DNA of 64,000 nucleotides from Camelus ferus (Eukaryota). The translations under genes and the position numbers were made by a program. Positions 1 through 15,100 of this stretch are shown here, in pieces (positions within the stretch are counted from its first letter, which is position 1; the number at the start of each line of letters is the position of its first letter). The stretch covers positions 19,778,001 to 19,842,000 of the forward strand of contig NC_045717.1 of NCBI RefSeq assembly GCF_009834535.1. The letters are read 5' to 3'. The notes below the pieces were generated by a model, which was not told the DNA's origin, made no database searches, and saw nothing but the letters and a program-made list of their open reading frames with translations.

Positions 1-949
1 GAGCTGGAGAGGGAACTGAGGTGGTGAGTCTGAGATCCAAGTGGGGACTGTCAGGGAGGATGTTCTGTTCCTCTAATTAAGCAGGCTCAGTTCCAGCCTC
101 AGGGCCTTGGCATTGGCTGTTTTCTCTCCCAGTGGGGGACCGCAGGGGAATGGCCTCCCAGAGATCATCACATAGGGGGCCTTTCTTGGTATTCTGGCCT
201 TGGCTCAAATATCACCTCCTTGGGGGTCTTTCCCAAACCACCTCTCCCTCCAAATAAAACCACCAACTCCTCCACCCACCCCATCCCAAAGACTCTCACA
301 TCAGCCTGTTTAAATCCTAAATAGCACTTACCACTCTTACCCTTCCAGCTCCCTAAACTGTGGGCTCCAGAAGGGCAGGGTCTGCATCTTGTTCGCTGAT
401 AAATTTGCAGCACCCAGCACAGAGTCCGAAGTATAGTCTAGACTCTATAAACTGCAGAGTGAGTGATTAAAGCAGCCCTCTCGGGACCAGACCCTATGCG
501 TGGTGAGGAGGACCAATGAGATACAGACTCCACCCTCTAGGATCTCACAATCTTGCTGGAGTTGAAGAAATGTCAGCCCTGAATCCCATAGGAGGTCCCT
601 TACCCAGAGAATGGTCAGGGAAGACTTCCCAGAGGAGGTGACGGCAGCAATTCCTGGAGGAAGGAAGACCAAAGGATTATGCATCATGTGGAGGCTCTGG
701 AGACTTGCAAGACACGAATAAGGATCACTATCCCATTTGACGAGAGAAGCTCAGAAGCAGAAACTATCTGATACTTCCTGAGGATTCGAATTCTGTCCAA
801 GAAGCCATCCTCTCTCTAGAATAGCTTTGTAAGCCGTCTAAGAAGCCATCCACTTTCTAAGAGCACAGAAACGAACCGGCAAGAGCCACGCAATGAGATG
901 GATCTCCAGCAGGCGGCAGTGAAAGTAAGAATCTTCATTCATCTGAGAC

Positions 950-4833
<3,884 letters not shown>

Positions 4834-4867
4834 ACACTGGATGGCTTCAGCCTCGCTCCCTCCTCTA

Positions 4868-4873
4868 TTTATT
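4868..4873 (-). terminator. Likely WDR83 polyadenylation signal (AATAAA on minus strand)
   Basis: TTTATT on the + strand, 116 nt downstream of the WDR83 stop. Confidence 0.7.
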
Positions 4874-4922
4874 AGTGTGCAGACCCAGCCTCTCCCCACT
4901 CCTTGGTCAGCAGGAAGTCTAG

Positions 4923-4928
4923 AATAAA
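4923..4928 (+). terminator. DHPS polyadenylation signal AATAAA
   Basis: AATAAA 90 nt after the DHPS stop, followed by a GT/T-rich stretch. Confidence 0.8.
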
Positions 4929-4988
4929 GGGTTTCAGTGGTCCTTCTCAGTCTCTGTCTTTCTGTCCTTGATTGTGGGTCCCCTGGCT

Positions 4989-7900
4989 TCAGCCTGTACC
5001 ACCTTCAGCCTCGTAGGCCTCTTCCCGCCAGCACTGGACGCTGCCCCCCATGGCAGTCAGCAGGCAGGGCTCGGTGGGGTGGTAGGCCAGCGACTGCACC
5101 ACACCTGGCCCAACAGGCAGGGCCAGTGCCAGGGCACCCTGTGGAGTAAGGGGGTAGAGGGTAGTCATCAGTGTGTCTCCATTTGTCCCCTTAGTTGCCT
5201 CTTCCCGCTTTCAGCCACATGCCTCTAATTGTTTCTGAGACACTGCAAACTGAATCCACCCCAAACCGAGCCCCTCAGTCACTTGGTCCTGCTGGGTGCT
5301 AGGCCAGACATCTCGAATGTTTCTCTTCCACCTCACACCCCTTTGTCAGTAAGTCCTCTTGGTTCTGCCCTTAGACCATGCCAGAGACTTCTCTCCACCT
5401 TCACAGCCACCACCCTGCTCTGGGCCAGTCACATTGGCTCCAGGCTTCCCTGCCCCTGCTGCCATCCACTTGACAGCCTCGCTGCTCACTTCCTCCATCA
5501 CCCTGCAGGCACAGCTCAACATACACAGTTCCTCTTTCCACCTGGAAAATGTCCCTTCAAGTGCCCTCCCCTTCAGGGTGACTCTTAACCTACTGGACCC
5601 TTGAGAAGTAGGCAGAACATTAGTGCTTTCTTAGCTCCCAGAATGAGAGCTGGCCCCTCAACTCCTCAGGGCCCCCCAGTTCCTCCTCCCCCCTCCTTGG
5701 CCAAGCCCCAGCCCTGACACCACTAATCCCCGACGACAGTCAGTTCCCAGCCCGACGGCCCCACCAGGTTGGGACACGTCAGGGAACACGGCTTGAGGCT
5801 GGAAGCCACAGGGATGCTTAGAGGTAACTCAGGTTTCCTGAACTACAGCCCCGGCTCACCTGGGGTCAGATGCCACCATCAGCTCCCCCTCCCCCAGGGT
5901 CAGTCCTAGTGGCTCAGCATGGCATCCATGGCCCTGCCTGACCTGGATCCTGCTGCTGTTGCTGCCATCCAAAGTGCTTCTCCTCCCTGACCAATGCGTT
6001 TGGACCCCACCTCCAAGCCTTAGCACACATGGTGCCCTTTGCGAGGAACGCCCTTCTTGCCTCGTCCTCTCACTCCTCCTTCAAGCCCCCAGTTCTAACC
6101 GCACTCCCTTTTTCAGGCCCAGGAGTGACTCAGGTAGGGACAGGGCAGGCACCCCATTGCGGAGCCGGGGTGGGGAGGCTCACCTCCACCAGGTCCCAGA
6201 AGAACACCTTCCCATCCTCGGAGCAGCTGACCACGTGCGTGTCGCGCTCACTCAGGCAGCAGTCCAGCTTGTACTCCCAGTTCTTGTGGCCCGTGTACCT
6301 GGGGGTGGGTGGGATCAGGGGGTGGTTTGGGGCCTTATGGGGGGGTGGAGCAGGGGCCCCATGACCCCGAGGACTCACTCGCCTAGCAGCTCCCCTGTGT
6401 CCTTGTCTAGAAGCCTCAACGTGGAGTCCAGGCTGGACACCAGGGTGCACTGCCCGTCCCGGCTGAAGCAGGTGCAGGTGATGGGGCCTGGGGAGGTGGG
6501 TAGGGGAGGGATGGGCAGACAGGTCAGGCTGGGGTCTCCTGTGCTGCCTCCACCTTCCCTGCCTGCCCCACAGCTGCAGCCCCAGCCCCACTCACTGCCC
6601 ACATAGTCTGAGAAGAGCTGCCCCATCCTCAGGTCATAGCGCCTCACCCGGCCATCCACGGAGCTGCAAGAGAAGATGGATCCAGATGAAGCGTCGACAG
6701 GGGCCAGGAGGTCCATGGCTCCAGCTTTGGTGTCCCTGTACCCTCACCTGGCCAGGGCCCTAAGGGCAAGGCTGGGTGCCTACTCTTCCTGGGCACCCTT
6801 CACTGTCATGACATGCTCAGGACTGGCCGTGGAAAACACACATTGAAGAGAATTCACAAGTGGAATTCTGAGGTACCAGCTTTGAGACTCAGACCCAGGG
6901 GCCAATCAGGTGCCATTCCATCTGTTTCTTTCTTGGGGGAGGGGGGGAGGGAGGAATGCATGTATGTACTTATCTATCTATTTATTTATTTTAATGGAGG
7001 TACTGGCGATTGAACCCAGGACCTCGTGTATGCTAAGCATGTGCTCTACCACTGAGCTATACCCTCGCCCTGGTTCCATCTGTTTCTGATTTGTACTGAG
7101 CACCCTCTCTGGGCCAGTCCCCATGTGGGGCTTGGGACACAGCTGCTACCAAGCCCAGAGCACTTGCTGCCAACATGGAGCCTTGTGGACTGAGGGTAAT
7201 CATTTCCCAGAGGAGGTGATGTCTGAATTGGGACTTGAGGATGAGAAGGAGCCAACCATGTGCAGTCCAAGGGGGAGTGGGTGGGAACTGGACCCGCCAA
7301 CAGGCTGCGCAGCCCAAACACCACACCCCCATGGTGGGAATGGCACTCCCCCAGGTTGTGGCAACACTTGGTCAGCCGTGCATGGGAATTTTTTTTTTAA
7401 TTGTTTGTCTCCTGCAGCTAGAATATCAATTCTATGGGAGCAGGGACATTTCTTTATTTCCCTGTCTCATTCACTGCTGTATGTATGCTCATCGACTAAA
7501 AACGTTACCTGCAGGAGGCGCTCAGATACATTCTGAGTAAGCAGTTAAAGAGCGGTCCAGGCAGAGGAAGAGCAATTGCTAAAGTAGGTGCTGGGGTGGG
7601 AGCATGGATGGCAGATTTAACAGAAATGAGGCTGGGAGTGACACATGGGGAGGGACAAGGTCCTGGCCACACTCACCCTGCCAGGACCTCATGGTCTGAC
7701 ACCTTCACACTGGATATGCCATCCCTGGCTTCGTCCAGGGTCTGTACTGGTTCAGGCCTCCGAGAGCGGCAGTCCCAGCAGCGGATGCTGGAATCGATAG
7801 AGCCTGTGGGGCCAGCATGAAGGTGGATCAAGTTTGGGAGGCAGAGGCAGCACCCTGGGCCCACCTGCCTAGGCTGCAGACTCACCAGACAGAATAACTG

Positions 7901-8697
7901 TAGCCTCTTCATTAAACTGCACTGTGTTCACCTTCTGTGAAACAGAAACTGCTGCTTAGAGAAGGCTGGATTTTGGAGGATGGGGATAAAGGCAGGATTC
8001 CCAGTGCAAGTTAAAATGAGAGAAAAGGCTAGGGGTAGTGGAGATGAAATATTTGGGGGGGGAACTGCAAGCTAGGGCTTGGTGAATGCGGGGCCATGTT
8101 GGGAAGGCAGAAGATCCTTGCGCTGTAATGGGAAAGGGCGTAGTCCCTGTCACAACCTACACGCAAATGCGGGTCCGTTCTAATGAGGCGCCTTCTTGCT
8201 TGTACTCACCCCTGCGTGGCCCCGGAATTTGCGCACCACCTGCCCCGATGCTACATCCCACAGCACTACCGCTTTGTCCCCGCCGCCGGAGCAGAGACTG
8301 CTGTTGTCAAAGGAGCTAAAGGGCAGAGGAAGAAAAGTCAGCGTCGACCTCCGATCCCGGCCTCAGCGCCCTGATCCCCGCCTGGCCCCCGGCTCACCCG
8401 GCCGCGTCCAGCACCTCGTAGCCGTGGCCGCTGTACGTCCGCAGCAGCGTCCCCCGCAGCGGGTTCCACAGCTTCAGGGTCTTGTCGCTGCCGCAAGTCA
8501 GACAGTAATTGCCATCCACTGGGGAACACCGGGCGGGGGTTACTGGATCGCCGACCGCGGGAGGAGGACCCGGAATGAAAACAAGGGCGCTCACCATTAA
8601 ATCGCACGGCTCGCACCGCCCCCTGCCCGCAGTCCAACGTCTTCAACCGTTTCTGCGGCAGCTCCGGGGCCCGCGGCTTTGGCTCAGGGAAAGCCAT
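4989..8697 (-). CDS. WDR83: WD repeat-containing protein 83 (MORG1), 9 coding exons, 315 aa
   Basis: Exons (minus strand): 8697-8595, 8518-8398, 8315-8210, 7934-7886, 7803-7677, 6663-6596, 6487-6379, 6298-6184, 5138-4989. Introns are GT-AG and the total of 948 nt is in frame. Translation: MAFPEPKPRAPELPQKRLKTLDCGQGAVRAVRFN...WREEAYEAEGGTG*. Confidence 0.97.
6980..7070 (-). mobile_element. tRNA-Ala-derived SINE (camelid Vic-1-like)
   Basis: The reverse complement reads GAGGGTATAGCTCAGTGGTAGAGCACATGCTTAGCAT..GAGGTCCTGGGTTCAATC..AGTACCTCCA plus an AT-rich tail. At least 7 copies occur in the window. Confidence 0.9.
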
Positions 8698-8739
8698 TGC
8701 TCCGCGCACCCTGCCTCGCTGCCTGATTTCTACCTGCAC

Positions 8740-9100
8740 CGAGGATTTCCATGCGCTGGGAACTCCTGCTTGGGTGTAACCTTATTATTGTCCTCCATAG
8801 CCTACTTCCTATTTCTCACTTCCGGGTTCGAAATTTCGTGGGTTTTTTTGGAGATAATGTTGGGAATACTGAAGCTTGCTTCCAGCTTGCTGGTTTCTTT
8901 CCCCACTTCTCATTTCTAGGAACATTTTTGGCTTCTAGTTCTCTGTCCCCTGGCTCGGGGGAGTTCCAGCCTCCGCCCGCAGGAACGGAAACACGAGGGC
9001 TGAGGGTGTTACTCTAAATGCCACCCTCCTCCGTTTCCACGCCGGAAGCTGTCGGAAGCTGTGACTCTCGCAGCGGAAGAGCCGCGACTTCTGACTCGCT
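8740..9100. promoter_or_regulatory. Divergent WDR83 / WDR83OS promoter region
   Basis: CpG-rich segment between the two head-to-head ATGs (8697 minus, 9101 plus). It has tandem ETS motifs (ACTTCCGG ~8817; CCGGAAG/CGGAAG at 9040-9080) and ZNF143-like GCGCTGGGAA (~8753). Confidence 0.7.
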
Positions 9101-12100
9101 ATGTCCGCGAACAGTATGTCGGACCCACGGAGGCCCAACAAAGTGCTGAGGTGAGGATCCTAGTTGTCATAGTGTTAAAAAAACAAAATGCCACTGTAAA
9201 TTTTAAAGATATAATCGGCTTTATCAAATGATTCATGAATTGGGCAGCATCAATCTAGAAAGTAGAGGGGAGCTCTAAAGGGCTTCAGAAAGGGAAAGAT
9301 TTTTAAAGGCAGGACAAGGAAGACATACACAGAAAAAGGGATTGTTTCAGATTAGGTCGTTACCCGTTTGGGGAAAAAAGGTCTTATTAGGTGGGATTAC
9401 CTCATCTTTCCTTTAGGGGATAGCGAGGGGAGAGGGTCCATGTGACAGCCTACCTCTTTGTTGCTGATCAGAAAATTCCCGACTGACTAGTTAAGACTAC
9501 ATTTCTGGAGGAGGCTGACGCTTCAATTAGGTTAGGTTTAATTAAGCCCCACTTTGATGGCATAGCCTAGCGTAAGTGACTCCATTTTGGGCCTGTAGTT
9601 TTCCTTTTAATAATGGCCTCTTTTCATCAGACTCTCAGCTTAACTGATAGATGTGATCAAAACTTAAGGCATTAGCACCAGTCTAAGCTACTGCCCTGAG
9701 TTTCTCGTGGTTTTTGTTGTTCTTTTGCATGGTATCTGTAGGTTATGATGTTTTTGCTTAACCCTTGTGATATTCAGAGGTCCTGGCTGGCTTCAGGTTC
9801 ACAGTCTTTAAGTCGGTCATTCTCTTGTTCCTTTTCTGATGTTCTAGTGTTAGGGAAAGCTTTTATTTGGTGGTTAGCGGCTGTGAACATGTATTTAAAG
9901 CTCTTGAGAGAGTACAGCACACCAGGGAGATTATTATGATGATAATCAACAGGATAATTCACAATGTTTGGAGGGCGCTTTGGAGCCATGGTCCTCAGGA
10001 CCCAAACCAGTCACAATTGAATACGTCAAAGAAAGATCCCATTGAAGGAGTCAACCTTCTTAAACCAACTGGCTTGCTCAGAGCTCTTATATAATTGAGT
10101 TTCAACTTCTCTTGAAGGGTTAATCCAGGTGTAGCAGGTGGTGTTGGCCACAGCACAGACTCCTTGCTCAGCTAAAAGATAATCAAAGACTATCCTATTA
10201 CAAAGCACAACTTTGGCCAGAGAAGCTAAGGATCTTTCTTAGGCTGATGGCCCTAAGTGAATTCTGAGTCATGAAATTCTCCTCATAGGTCCTTTCTAAC
10301 TCAGTGATGTAAATCCAGGGAAGTTGACCAATGAAATGTCTTAGTTTACTTGTGGAAAGTTAGGGGCACAGTTAGATAAACTAAGAGGCATTCAGAGGCC
10401 CAAGGAAAATGATAATCGTCATGGACAAAGACAAACCCCTATGGGCACAGACTATTCCCGTTAAGGAGGTACCGTTAATGGATTCATTCATAGGGATTAC
10501 TGCGTGTGTCCATTCAAGCCAGGTGTCAGTCAGGTTTTTACAACATATGGAAGAGACTCTTCTAGCCTGAAAGTGTTGTTCTAAATGACTCGCAAAGATG
10601 GGTGCTGCTGGTGAGATCTGTTAGTGAGTGGGAGCAAATCTGATCTAGATTATCATTGGAATGTGCAGGTGGGTGCAAATGCACTAAGATTTTTTAAAGT
10701 TTTTTTTCGGGGGGGGAGGTAATTAGGTTTGTTTGTTTGTTTGTTTAAATGGAAGTATTGGGGACTGAACTCAGTACCTTGTGCATGCTAAGCACGCACT
10801 CTACCACAGAGCTATACCCTCCCCCTTGCAAATGTTCTAAGATTTACTAGGTAATTGTGTATAATTGAGTATGTACAGTTATGATTGAAGAAAGGAAAAA
10901 ACAAGGCATAGGTTGTTTTGGCCATAAGAATTGAACTCTGTAATGTGGAGTTGTACTGAAGTGCCATTCCCTAAGGTTAGATCTGCCGAGGCTTTTACTA
11001 ACCTTGTGGCTGCAGCTATAACATTAAGACAGTTGGGCTAAGCACTAGCACTGAATCCCATTGTATGCTGTGATAGGCAGCAGGCTGTGTTTATTGCTAT
11101 ATTCTTGTGTGAGCATTCCCTGGAAAGGGTTGATTATCTCTTTTGTGCACAAGTAAGCTGAAAAGTCTTGCACAATTAGTTAGCCCTAGGGCCTGCGGTT
11201 TTCCAGTGCTTATTTTAGTCTTACAAAAGTCTGCTCATGTTTATCTGCCAAGGAAGGGGTTCAGGGACTGAAGTTTTAGTAAGTTCATAGCATGGGGAAG
11301 CCAACAGAGAAAAATTAGGAACCCATAGTCTATGATAGCCAGTCAGGTCTAGAAATCCATGAAGCTGTCCCTTAGTTGTAAGTGTAGGAAGTTCTTGGAT
11401 TATCCTGATCCTTTTTGGAGATACCTGGATTCCTTCAGCACTTCATTTATGACCTAGGTCATGAACAGTATCTAGAGATAATTGTAATTTTTCCTTGGAG
11501 ACTCTATGTCCCTTTGTCAGTGGAAATAATCAACCAACCTATAATAAGAATAGAAATTTATTCAGGCCAAACTGAGGACTATAGCCTGGGAGATACAGAT
11601 TCAAGAAACACCTGAATTGTGTTTTGCCAGACTACAAAATGGGGGAGGCTTATATAGGCAAAAACTGCAGTTACATAGGTTGTTTGTCGAGAATTATAAT
11701 TGGGGCTAGCAAGAAGTAAAAGTGATTGTTAAGCAGGGATTGGTTGGGGTCCAAAATGGTTGCACAGTCACAAGGTGAGACTTTGAGACCATAAGATTGC
11801 AGTTGGCAGCTGCTGACAGATACTATTTTGAGAATACCTGGTGGTATAAATTGAGTTTGATATGGTTCAGAATATTCACGTTCTCCGTGATGCAGGAACA
11901 TGTCTGAAATTACATCCGCAATGGCCACCCAGCTCCGTTTGGATACCTGAACCACAGTCTATCTTGTCAGAACAAAGAACAAACATCAAATATGACAGGG
12001 ACATGTTCTTTCAGGTTTTAAAGAGACAGATTAGCACATACACAGTGAGTCAGCATGACCTTAGTGTCTGGGAAGGGAACCTCATTTGTAAAGGAGTTGA

Positions 12101-15100
12101 TGTATTGGCATCATAGGAATGGGGTGATGAGGGAACATTTATCCCTGTCTTCAAAATGGGCATTCTAAATAATCTGATAACTGCGTTCCTTTTTTTTTTT
12201 TTTTAGTGGTTAAAGCAAATATACAATGTCTGTTTGACAGGCCACAAGACAGGCCTAAGTTCTGGTTAGCATAAAGTTCAAGCCCAGTCAGATATAAGCT
12301 AGGATGACTTCCCCATACCTCAATATGGGAATATTTCTTCCATCACTTTTCTGCTAATTCTTGCCACAGATAAATGGAATCTTTTATGGATGCCTCTTTG
12401 ATAACTAAGCACAGCAAGAAGTCTTCCACATATTGTAGAATAGTTGATTTCCCAGGAACTAGATCGTGCTTACATCTTGTTGGAGCACTTGGGAGAAATA
12501 AGAAGGGGCCTCAGTGAATCCTTGAGGCGTGACTGTTCAGATGTACTGTTGATTGTTTCACGTAAAGGCGAACATGTCAGCTGTTGGGGTCTGCAGCGGT
12601 GCTGAAAAAGGCTGAACAAAAGTCTACAACAGTGAGCCATTTTGAGTCTGGTGAAACTTGTGACAAAAGGAGATTCCAGGTTTGGGACAGCTGGGAAACG
12701 GGGAGTAACTATCTCAACAGCTCTTAAGTGCTCGACAAATCGCTGCCCTCGCCCATTAGGTTTCCAGACTGGCAGGATCTGTGTGTTGGGCCTGATTGCC
12801 CTCTGGGAGATTAGGTCTTCTGCTGTGGTTATGAGGCCTTGTGGGCTTTAGGTTTTAGTGGGTATTGAAGTAATTGAGGGAGAGGTGTCATCATGTCTCT
12901 CTGAATCTTTATAGGCTCTGTACTTTTTATTCTCCCAATGTCAGTATTAGAAGTAACCCCCAGATTCTGGAGCACCTCAACTAAATTAGGGTACTTTTGT
13001 CGGATGTCTTCCTCTTCTATGTCAGGGACAGATCGTAAGAACATAAAATTTCTTGACCAACCTGAACCTGATCTTTTAAGGTGAGGTCTCCATTGGAACA
13101 AAATTTATTAGCCATTTTAACTTAGAGAGGAGAGCTCTGCTTCACAGGTTACCAGGGCTATGTCACACAGCAAGAAAGACTGCCTTTCAGAAAAGGTCCC
13201 AGAGTAGTCCTTTGTACTGGTTGAGACAGAAATTCTCTCTGAACTTTAATAGATACTCCCACTAAGGAAACCCCTTTTTCATGCTGAAGGAATTGTTGTC
13301 CTATGAGAAAGGGTTTAAAGTAGACAGTGTAGCTCCAGTATCAACTAGAATTTGGCAAGGTTTCCCATTACTTTTAATTTTAGTTTCCCCTTGGCTGTTT
13401 AAGAAAATTACTGATAACAGGTTATTGGAGAACCCCTTAGAATACTGGGTGGGGGATAAATATGGGCACACTCAAGTTGAAGAATTTGCATAGGACCTTT
13501 GAGGACAATCTTTTCTCCAGTGGCCCAGTTGATTACATGTGGGACATTGGTCCCTGGGCCAGTGTTTTGATGGTGGACCCCGAGGAGGGCATTATTTTAG
13601 GGTCTGTGGTCTTGGAGCTGTTGTAGCTGTAAGGCCAACAGCTTGGTGGGTTTCTGCCTGTGGTCTTGCTCTAAGGTCATTTCAGAGTGCTCAGCTATAT
13701 GGTTACTAGATGAGTCATACTGGTGGTCTCCCATCCTGTTGTCTGCCTTTTTATCAGTCCACTAATCTCAGGAGATAATCTATTTGCAAATAGGGCAGCT
13801 AGAGCAGGTTGGACGACTCCATTTATTATATGGAACTACAACGACATAGGAGGAGGACTTCCAAGCATGCCTTAAATTTGGCCAGATTCATCTTTGGTTT
13901 GCATGTTTGAATATAGACCAATCAGTGGGGGTAGGGAAGACTCCAGGAATGGCTTCTAAAAGGCCAGTTACTGTTTTGCAAGCTTTTCTGGTTGAGGATC
14001 TTGAATATCACCCTCTAGGTTTTGTCATTTTGCTTTCTGCATCCGTCTTTGGGCTTCACTGGGTCCTACCAGCATGTGCACAAGCTGATAAAGACATCGC
14101 AGCCTGGATCAGAGGCCCTGATAGTGACTCTCAATTCTTCAAAAGAACTTTTGAGATTCCTCCCTAGGCTCAGCTAATTAACTTTTTTTCTTTGTTTTGG
14201 CTGGGGGCAGTAATTAGATTTATTTATTTTTAGAGGAGGTACTGGGAATTGAACCCAGGGCCTTGTGCATGCTAAGCATGCACTCTGCCACTTGAGCTAC
14301 ACCCTCCCGACCTCCCTAGGTTTAGGAAATGCCTTAACTTAGTTGGTCTTTGACTCTTCGTTTGGTCTTTAACCAAAGAGTGAAAGATACCCAAGGAGGT
14401 TCGTCTGCAACCTCAGGTAGTCTCTTCAGAGTGGAAAGGCAGTTCAGAAAGAGAATCATTAAAATGTGAAAAAAAGGAGGAGAGAGGGGAGCAACAGGAG
14501 TCACGTCAGTCCTGTCCTCTTTTGTTTGAGGTCCTTCGTGTTTTTTATTTTTCATTAGCCATTTGTAATCAGTCTTTTAATGAAACTGTTTTGGAATCTT
14601 GAAGCCTTGGGGAAACTTCTGCATACCAATTAAAATAGGTATCCCTTTCTGTTTGTTTAATTTGGAAACCCTCACTTTCAAGGGCACTTCTTAAATAAAC
14701 AATCTGATCTCACTGGAACATTCTCCATAATGGCCATTTTTTTAGGTATTTTACAGCTTCTGGGATTATAGTCATTAGATATAAAATAAGCAGGTGTGCT
14801 GACAGGTGGTGCGCTTGACTCATTAAAGGTGAAAGCTCTTAACTCTCTCAGCCTTTATCTGCACAAAGCAAGACAGACAAACGTGTGTACCTGAACACTC
14901 CAGCGGTAGCCAATTACTGTGGCCTGGCCAGGAAAAAGGCCCCAAGCACACCACCACCAGTTGCCAACGTGGAACCTGGGACCCCAAACGGGGACTGTGA
15001 ACTGATTCCTGACAAATGGGGAACCACAGCTGCTGCCAGTGGTGCCCAGCTCGGAAGCTGGGGAAGGATCCCAAACAAATGGGGAACTGCTGACCAAACC

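Noticed and set aside
5959-6606. 215-aa + strand ORF
   Set aside because: It is antisense to WDR83 exons and introns in GC-rich sequence, with no independent gene signals.
9720-11400. Captured env / syncytin-like gene
   Set aside because: The ISD is altered (LCNRIVFD), CX6CC has lost its last Cys, there are stops and a SINE insertion, and no long ORF remains.
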